Below are positions 57,145-64,000 of a stretch of 64,000 nt of DNA, in pieces. The position numbers were made by a program, and so were the translations under genes. The notes under the pieces are model-generated. The model was not told the DNA's origin, did no database searches, and saw only the letters and a list, made by a program, of their open reading frames with translations. The DNA comes from a virus. Numbering within the stretch: position 1 is the stretch's first letter; the number at the start of each line of letters is the position of its first letter. The stretch lies in IMG/VR virus record IMGVR_UViG_3300031758_000004, positions 32,001 to 96,000 of that record, one strand, 5' to 3'.

Positions 57145-59013
57145 TTATTTTAATAGATCCTCTAATTGTTCAACAGTAATAACTTCTACTCCCAAATCAA
57201 GAGCCTTTTTCTCTTTAGAAGAACCAGAACCAATCGCTTTCATAACTAAGTGTGTTGTGTTTTTACTAACACTACCACCAATTTTACCACCACGAGATTC
57301 AATAACCTCTTCTAATTCTTTTCGACGAACTCCTGTGAATACAAACTGCTTACCTTCTAAGTCATTAGAAACTTGTACTACTTCAACTTTCTCAGAAATA
57401 GTAACTGGTAAATCAGAAATAAACTCGAAGAACTTATCATAATTATCAACATAAGTTTTAGCAGAAATCTCAGCAAATCCTTCAATTTCCATAACTTTTC
57501 CAACAGTAGGTTTTTCATTGAAGTGTTCTAACAGAGCTAACTTTTTACTTCCTAATCCAGAGAAGATGCCAGTAGCGTGTTGTAATTTAGATAATTGAAC
57601 ACCAGTGATAGACTTTTGAATTGAGTCATAAACAATTTTAGCTTTACGTTTACCAAAACGATCAATCTTTTCTAAGTTTTCTACTTTAAGATTTAAAATA
57701 TCTTTAATAGTTTTATAACCAGCATCCCACAATTGTGTGATAACACCTTCTGAAACATTATCAGCTTCTAATATCTCAAAGAAAGCGATATTCTTTTTTA
57801 ATTTTTGCTCTTCTGTTTCAGTTAATGTGATTAACTCAATACCAGCCTCATTCCAATCAATCTCAACACCTTCGATAGTTGGTAAAACAAATTCAACTGT
57901 TTCTAATACGTCAGCAATAATTGGAATAACCATACCACTACGTTTAACAACAACTTTAGCACCAACTCCCAATCCCATATCTTTTACGAAACGAGCGTTA
58001 TTACCAGTTACATTAGATACAGTAACTCCGTCTAATTTAACAGGTTTGATATGTAATACCGGTTTTAATAAACCTTGTTTAGAAATATTCCAAGTAATAC
58101 CAATTACTTCTGTTTCAGCTGATTGCTCGAAACTTGGGTGTTTGAATGCTCTTGCGAATACTGGGTTACCTGATGAAGTTTCACGACCTAATGATGATTG
58201 TGTTGCTAAGTTATTTACCTCTAAGATAATACCATCAATCTCATATTCTTCAGACCATTCTTTAAATAAAGAGATAAGTAATTCTTCTGTTAAATCTAAA
58301 ATGCCACAAACATGATAAGGTACTTTTACTTTTTGATTCTCATTTAATTCATCTAATATTTGTTGTTTAGTGGTGAAATGATTTCTGAATTTTGATGATG
58401 GAATAGCACCATATTTAATAAAGTTACAATCTTTTAAAGCTTCTCTCGCATCTGGTGAGTTGATAAGACCAGCCACGAAGTTTCTTGGGTTAGCATAATC
58501 ATTTGAGTATTTATCGATAAATACTCGTTTAGGCATAATAACTTCACCATAACTATGTGAGAAAGTAATAGGTGCGAAAGGATCTATATCATTTTCAATG
58601 TCATATAACTTGTTTCCTATAAGTTTATAGTGTTCATTTGATTTTTGACCATAAACACCATCTCCACGAGTGATAGCATCACCGTTGTTTTCTTCATCTT
58701 TACATAAAGAAAGACCATCATATTTAGGTGTACAGATAATTTCAACAGAGTTTGGGATAAGTTTAAGACGTTGCCAGTCTTTAATTTCTTCTAAAGACTT
58801 AATTTTGTTCATAGAAGCCATTGGAATAGGTAGACGAGTTTTTCTCGTTTCGTCAAGAATTTCATGTCCTACAACAGATAACAATTCATCATCTGGTGAC
58901 ATATCAGATAACTCTTCTACAAGAATATCATATTCTTTATCAGACATAATTGGTTTTCCAATTCTATATGCCTCGTTTGCTTCTTTAATCTTATTCTTTA
59001 ATTGTTCTATCAT
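57145..59013 (-). CDS. ligA: NAD-dependent DNA ligase
   Basis: ANEAYRIG, PMASMNK, KYDG adenylation motif, TRGDG, EIDGII, OB-fold and HhH, C-terminal BRCT (GKQFVFTG...VSKNTTHLV). Confidence 0.93.
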   Translation of the reverse strand: MIEQLKNKIKEANEAYRIGKPIMSDKEYDILVEELSDMSPDDELLSVVGHEILDETRKTRLPIPMASMNKIKSLEEIKDWQRLKLIPNSVEIICTPKYDGLSLCKDEENNGDAITRGDGVYGQKSNEHYKLIGNKLYDIENDIDPFAPITFSHSYGEVIMPKRVFIDKYSNDYANPRNFVAGLINSPDAREALKDCNFIKYGAIPSSKFRNHFTTKQQILDELNENQKVKVPYHVCGILDLTEELLISLFKEWSEEYEIDGIILEVNNLATQSSLGRETSSGNPVFARAFKHPSFEQSAETEVIGITWNISKQGLLKPVLHIKPVKLDGVTVSNVTGNNARFVKDMGLGVGAKVVVKRSGMVIPIIADVLETVEFVLPTIEGVEIDWNEAGIELITLTETEEQKLKKNIAFFEILEADNVSEGVITQLWDAGYKTIKDILNLKVENLEKIDRFGKRKAKIVYDSIQKSITGVQLSKLQHATGIFSGLGSKKLALLEHFNEKPTVGKVMEIEGFAEISAKTYVDNYDKFFEFISDLPVTISEKVEVVQVSNDLEGKQFVFTGVRRKELEEVIESRGGKIGGSVSKNTTHLVMKAIGSGSSKEKKALDLGVEVITVEQLEDLLK

Positions 59014-59037
59014 AATACAAATATAATAAAATTATTA

Positions 59038-59259
59038 TTAAATTCTTAATTGATTTAATTTATAATCTCTAGTTTCTCTAATCTTTTCTACTCCTTTTAA
59101 GTGTTTTAGTTTAGTTTTATATGAAGCTGCGCAAGACTTTGAACAACAAAGCCCCCATCCTCTTTTCAAATTTCTTTTATCTGGTATAAAACTAGATTTA
59201 CAATAAAGACAGAATGACTCTTCTTTTTTACTTTTAGCTTTATCAAATAAATTCTTCAT
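59038..59259 (-). CDS. Small zinc-finger protein with C-terminal RDxKL tag
   Basis: CLYC...CCSKSC, ends TRDYKLNQLRI. Confidence 0.65.
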   Translation of the reverse strand: MKNLFDKAKSKKEESFCLYCKSSFIPDKRNLKRGWGLCCSKSCAASYKTKLKHLKGVEKIRETRDYKLNQLRI

Positions 59260-59334
59260 TCTACAAATATATGAAAAATTTTACATGAAAGAAAGCATTT
59301 TTTTAATATATACTAAAAAATCAAATAGAATAAG

Positions 59335-62300
59335 ATGCCAATTCAAAGTTCTTTTCCTAAAGTAGCTGATCAGATATTAAACTTTAATAAAAATATTGTT
59401 GATATATTATCAAAGATAAATTCGATAACTACAACAACTGATCCTACTGTAAGTCTTCAAATATTTAATGAAAATGGTGTATTAAAAAACTATACACTAC
59501 CTAGTATTAATTCACTTAAATCTGAAATTGATAGACTAAATAATAATATCAATTCACTTTATAGTATTGATGTAACTGGTTCACTAATTCAAACTTCACC
59601 TAACTCATTTAAACGAGTTATAACAGTTGACTTAAATAGAGAGCCTAATCCAATTAGTAGTTTAGGTTCAATAACAACTTTTAATACAACAAATAATTGG
59701 TTTTTTGACTCTATGTTAAATCCGATGTTAAATATTGAATTAGACTTAACTGGTCAAATTGAAGATAATGTTAGAAAAGTACAAATAAGAAGATATATTG
59801 TTGAATTTGCTAAAGATAGTGCTGGAAACTTTACTAACTTAGGTCAATCAGCTTTAAATAGTTTTAATACTTTATTTAGAGGTAATACAAATATTAATAT
59901 TACTGATTTTGAAAATTGGCATAGAACAACACCTGGTGTTGTGGATCCATTAAATCCACGTATTGATGAGCAAGTATTTGATTTAGATCCTAATGAATTA
60001 TTGTATGAAGGTCAATTCTCGGTTTTAAGAGTTGATGAGGATAGAATTAATAGAAAACTTTGGTATGTTTTAAACACATTAGATTATCTTGATATTTCTC
60101 TGAATCAAATTCAACAATTAAAAATTGGTAGTGAACTTATTGTTAACAGAGCTCAAACATCAACAAAGTATAGAGTTACTGAGATATCAACAGCTGATAC
60201 TAGTCCAAGAATAAGAGTTGAGAGAGTTGAAGGTTTAGAGGCTATTCCAATTGGTGTTGGAACTATGAAGATATATTCACCAATTGTTTATAAAAAGTCT
60301 GTTAGAGTTAGTATTGGTTATAATGAAAGAAATATAATATTTGCTAAACCAATAAATACTGAAAATCATTTACTTTCGAGAGAATGGTCTTTTGGAACTG
60401 GATATTGGTCAAATGATTTAAGATTAAGTGCTAATTCACCAGATGATGGTATAACAATGGAGCAGTTTTATATTGACTATGTTTATGATTATGGAACAGT
60501 TTTACAAGATTTAGTTGCTAAGAAAACACCTAATAAATTGGCTGGTACTCCGGTATCACCTACTCTTAATGCGACTAACTTTAAAGTAGTTCAAATAAAT
60601 AAACATTTAACTGATACACCAGATGCTAATTTGATTAAACAAAAACATAATTATCAACAAAGTTTAAAATCTCAATTAGAGCAAATATCTAAAGGTATTA
60701 TATCTAGAAATAGAACTTCTAAAGTATCAAGATTTAAATCAGAATCTCTAAGAGTAGAAGCTCAATTTGAAATAGAAGAATTGGGTAGAAAAAGAGATAG
60801 TATATCTAACTTATTAAATTCCACTACGAGAGAAATTTTAGATCTTAGTAGAACAAGTTTTAGTGAAGTTCAACCTGTATTTAGAATTAGAGGTTTTTGG
60901 AGTATACCAGAAGCTGTAATCACTAGAAGTACTAAACCACAAGAAATTGTACAATTTAGAGTTCAATATAGATATTTAAGTAAGGATGGTAAAGAAACAC
61001 CGGTTGAAACTTTCTCATTAGATAATACACAAACAACAGCAGCTTTCTCAAATTGGAATGAGTTTAAAACAGATGCTAGAAAACGAGTTTTTGACGCTGC
61101 TACTGGTGGATATACTTGGCAAATAGAAGATGTTACAAGTGCTGATACACCAAATATTAACCAAATAGATATTCCAATTAGAGCTAATGAGAGAGTAGAA
61201 ATTAGAGTTAAATCTATTTCAGAAGTTGGATGGCCTGAATCACCAGTTGAGTCTGAATGGTCGGAAGTATTAACTGTTGATTTTCCGGATGATTTAAATA
61301 ATGTTTTAAATGAAAATCAATTTATTTTACAAGAGGCTACCAAAGAAGATTTAAAAGTTTCTATGAATAGAGAGTTATCAGCTAAAGGTTTAGATGAACA
61401 CCTTTCTGATACAGTTACTATAAATAATAAAATCTTTCATCACGATTCTGATAAAATATTATCTGGATTTAAAGATGAGAATGGAGTAGCTTTAGATTTA
61501 TTTGAGTATTTACAAAAACTTGAAAATAGAATTAAAACACTTGAAGAAAAAATTACAAGAGCTAAGGGTGAACTTGAAGTTGTTGTACTTAGAAATAACC
61601 AAGAATATCCTGTTAAAAATGGTACAGAAATAACATTCAATATTGAGTGTGAAGATTATTTACAATTATTTAAAGGAACTGGTATACCAACTGGTAGAGT
61701 TTATGCTAATAATATTTATGTTATTAAAGATTTTCTTGTTAAATTAAGAAATAAATCAGCTGACTCACCACTTGGATTACTTTCAAATAAAACATATTTG
61801 AATAATGCTTCTGTTTATAACTCAAGTGCACCACAAATATTTTGGGTAAATGATAGAGATGAGTTGATTACAACTGAAACAACAGGACAAACAAGAACTC
61901 AGTTAAACTATCAGTATCTTTGGAGTGTTAATTACGATTCAATTACATCAAACTCCGTTCAAAAGCTTTCTGAAAATATTGGTAATACATTTAATAATAT
62001 TGGTAATAACTCTTTAACATCTGTTTTGGGATCTACTGAATTTAACTTAGGATATTATGAAACAACACCTTTGAATTTTGTTGGTAATAATAAATCTGTT
62101 TTAGATAGATCTAAGTGGATAGATAGAGCGGTATCGGTTAACTCAACAACTAAATTATTAACATCTGTTCATCCAGTTATTAAAAAATTAGAAAACATTG
62201 TTGAAACAAATTCTGATCAAGTTAAAAGTATTTCACCTGGAGAAGCTAATTCTGTTATAATACCAATTAATATTTATTTTAAAATGAATGCTTTGGATAA

Positions 62301-62577
62301 CAACCAACCTGGTTTAAATTACCAATACATAAATTTGAACAAAACAAGAAATACTGTTAAACACGTTAAAAAAGTTAAATTTTTACTTGATAATGAGGCT
62401 GATGGTAAAGAGTTTACGTTTACAATTAAGTTTAATATAAACAGAAGTAAAGTAATTAATTATCAACCAGACTTAAACATCGCTCCTTATATACAAAGAG
62501 GTGTAAATACAGATTTTGATATATTATCAAGTAAAGCAGCTAGATTTACTGATTTTACAAATACAAATTTCATATAA
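59335..62577 (+). CDS. Large hypothetical virion protein
   Basis: 1080 aa with coiled-coil and beta-rich segments. TTAATATATA at 59303-59312. Confidence 0.6.
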   Translation: MPIQSSFPKVADQILNFNKNIVDILSKINSITTTTDPTVSLQIFNENGVLKNYTLPSINSLKSEIDRLNNNINSLYSIDVTGSLIQTSPNSFKRVITVDLNREPNPISSLGSITTFNTTNNWFFDSMLNPMLNIELDLTGQIEDNVRKVQIRRYIVEFAKDSAGNFTNLGQSALNSFNTLFRGNTNINITDFENWHRTTPGVVDPLNPRIDEQVFDLDPNELLYEGQFSVLRVDEDRINRKLWYVLNTLDYLDISLNQIQQLKIGSELIVNRAQTSTKYRVTEISTADTSPRIRVERVEGLEAIPIGVGTMKIYSPIVYKKSVRVSIGYNERNIIFAKPINTENHLLSREWSFGTGYWSNDLRLSANSPDDGITMEQFYIDYVYDYGTVLQDLVAKKTPNKLAGTPVSPTLNATNFKVVQINKHLTDTPDANLIKQKHNYQQSLKSQLEQISKGIISRNRTSKVSRFKSESLRVEAQFEIEELGRKRDSISNLLNSTTREILDLSRTSFSEVQPVFRIRGFWSIPEAVITRSTKPQEIVQFRVQYRYLSKDGKETPVETFSLDNTQTTAAFSNWNEFKTDARKRVFDAATGGYTWQIEDVTSADTPNINQIDIPIRANERVEIRVKSISEVGWPESPVESEWSEVLTVDFPDDLNNVLNENQFILQEATKEDLKVSMNRELSAKGLDEHLSDTVTINNKIFHHDSDKILSGFKDENGVALDLFEYLQKLENRIKTLEEKITRAKGELEVVVLRNNQEYPVKNGTEITFNIECEDYLQLFKGTGIPTGRVYANNIYVIKDFLVKLRNKSADSPLGLLSNKTYLNNASVYNSSAPQIFWVNDRDELITTETTGQTRTQLNYQYLWSVNYDSITSNSVQKLSENIGNTFNNIGNNSLTSVLGSTEFNLGYYETTPLNFVGNNKSVLDRSKWIDRAVSVNSTTKLLTSVHPVIKKLENIVETNSDQVKSISPGEANSVIIPINIYFKMNALDNNQPGLNYQYINLNKTRNTVKHVKKVKFLLDNEADGKEFTFTIKFNINRSKVINYQPDLNIAPYIQRGVNTDFDILSSKAARFTDFTNTNFI

Positions 62578-62594
62578 TAAAAAATTTATAATAA

Positions 62595-64000
62595 ATGAAG
62601 AGTTTTGGTATTTTAAGAACAAATGTGGGTTTAACAACAAATGTTAAAATAATGGTTGATAGTCAATATAATCTTTCATTAGATAGTATTGATTCTGTTC
62701 CAGAATTGAAAAATTCTAAATATAAAAAATTATCATTTAATAAGAATAATTATTATGATGAATTAGTTCCATATTTATGGAAAGATTTACCATCTCAAAT
62801 AGCATACTCTATTAAATATGATAATGATAATAGCACAATGAGTAATGATTTTTCCAATCAATACGATGAGATATATCAATATGGCGCCAGAAATATTATA
62901 GATAATAAAAATTACTCAGAAGAGTTTGAGTATTTTGCACCACTTTATTTAATAAAAGATAAATTACCAAATGGATTTATAATATTTAGAGTTGATGGTC
63001 CTGGTCTTTTAGACTTAGATAGATTTAATTTTAAAAGAGAAATTATTAATAAATTTAAAACTGTTAAATTATTTGACTTTAGTAAAAAGACAAATTTAGG
63101 AGAGTGGTTAAATAATAACTTTGTTGATAACGATTTTTTTCCTGAATCTCCATTTGAAATGAGTTTTGATAGACTTGAATTCAGTGAGTGGAATGGTATA
63201 GATTATAAATCTGGTGGATATACAACTAGATCTTTGTTTTTAGATGATTTTTTAGAAAAGGAAAATGAGATTTTTGAATTTGAAAAATTCGTATTTGATA
63301 ACTATAAAGAATCAGGTACTATATTTCCTAATATATTGAACTTTTCATTCTTATTTGATGATACCCCAGCGACTGGTGATTTATTGAGAAAATGGTCTAT
63401 TAATAGATACTATGGATTTTATTTAAATGGAATGGATTTAGTTAAAACTATTTCTCCATATTCTACACCAAAATTAAAAAACGGAGTTAAAGTATTAATT
63501 GGTAATGTTTTAGAAAGTGTTGATAACCTATCACCTTTTATAGATGGATGGGATTCCAATAAAGAATATTACATTGAGTATTTAGGTCAATACTATAAAG
63601 TTGAAAAATTTACACAAGATATTAGATATAGTCTTTTTAACTCTAGAGTTAGAATTCCTTTAAACTTTAGATTTTTACCAAAAGTTGGATCACGTGGATC
63701 AGGCTTATTTGGTAGAACAGTTAATTCAATTCCAGTTTCGAGAAATTTATTCACCGATGAAATAATTACACCAATTGTTGATAAGTGGAGAATAATATCT
63801 TCAGTGGATCTATCGGGAAAAGAAAATTTACTAAATAAAAATACTGCTATAATTGATTCCAACAAAAGAATAGTTGATTATAGTGGTAATAAGATAGAAA
63901 TAGATGATTTTGAACTAGCAGATGTTTGGATTATAGAAATTGATGGGGTTTATCATAATATAATAAAAGAAGATGGTTATTTAAAATTGAATACTGATTA
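62595..64000 (+). CDS. Large hypothetical virion protein, 5-prime part (runs off the window)
   Basis: ATG 62595 MKSFGILRTNVGLTTNVK... Apparently open to the window end, so it is absent from the ORF track. Confidence 0.75.
   Translation, partial: MKSFGILRTNVGLTTNVKIMVDSQYNLSLDSIDSVPELKNSKYKKLSFNKNNYYDELVPYLWKDLPSQIAYSIKYDNDNSTMSNDFSNQYDEIYQYGARNIIDNKNYSEEFEYFAPLYLIKDKLPNGFIIFRVDGPGLLDLDRFNFKREIINKFKTVKLFDFSKKTNLGEWLNNNFVDNDFFPESPFEMSFDRLEFSEWNGIDYKSGGYTTRSLFLDDFLEKENEIFEFEKFVFDNYKESGTIFPNILNFSFLFDDTPATGDLLRKWSINRYYGFYLNGMDLVKTISPYSTPKLKNGVKVLIGNVLESVDNLSPFIDGWDSNKEYYIEYLGQYYKVEKFTQDIRYSLFNSRVRIPLNFRFLPKVGSRGSGLFGRTVNSIPVSRNLFTDEIITPIVDKWRIISSVDLSGKENLLNKNTAIIDSNKRIVDYSGNKIEIDDFELADVWIIEIDGVYHNIIKEDGYLKLNTD

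Noticed and set aside
1-64000. Alternative genetic code (stop-codon recoding)
   Set aside because: Genes are full-length under code 11. TAA, TAG and TGA all terminate recognisable proteins, and the three split genes are explained by inserted nucleases.
1-64000. Eukaryotic giant virus (NCLDV) or bacterial chromosome origin
   Set aside because: SmpB, ECF sigma, NAD ligase, gp41- and gp26-like genes, bacterial terminators and fibre genes indicate a large bacteriophage.

Overview
Very AT-rich, densely coding segment of a large T4-like (jumbo/huge) dsDNA bacteriophage. The host is probably Bacteroidota: TAnnTTTG promoters are present and start codons lack Shine-Dalgarno sites. Three genes are fractured by free-standing homing endonucleases: a gp41/DnaB helicase (atypically split intein, 37-aa IntN and 150-aa IntC), class Ia NrdA (split intein at the catalytic Cys) and a Ro60/TROVE protein (split with no intein or intron). 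The TROVE gene is preceded by two structured Y-RNA-like modules and a terminator. The window also holds eight intact homing endonucleases plus one relic, tail/baseplate genes with Gly-Thr-Ser collagen-like and Cys-rich beta-helix repeats next to a glycosyltransferase/FkbM cluster, many proteins with T4-type capsid-targeting N-termini, and smpB, yqeY, trxA, an ECF sigma factor, ligA, a DNA methyltransferase, a RuvC-like resolvase and a nucleotidyltransferase. The most unusual signal is a short peptide, R-[DE/x]-x-[KR]-[LI]-x-x-[LI], appended to or inserted into about nine unrelated small proteins. Three of these look like degenerate or miniature copies of core phage proteins (major capsid C-terminus, DnaB ATPase fold, gp32 SSB). 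All family assignments come from motifs recognised by eye, not from database searches.
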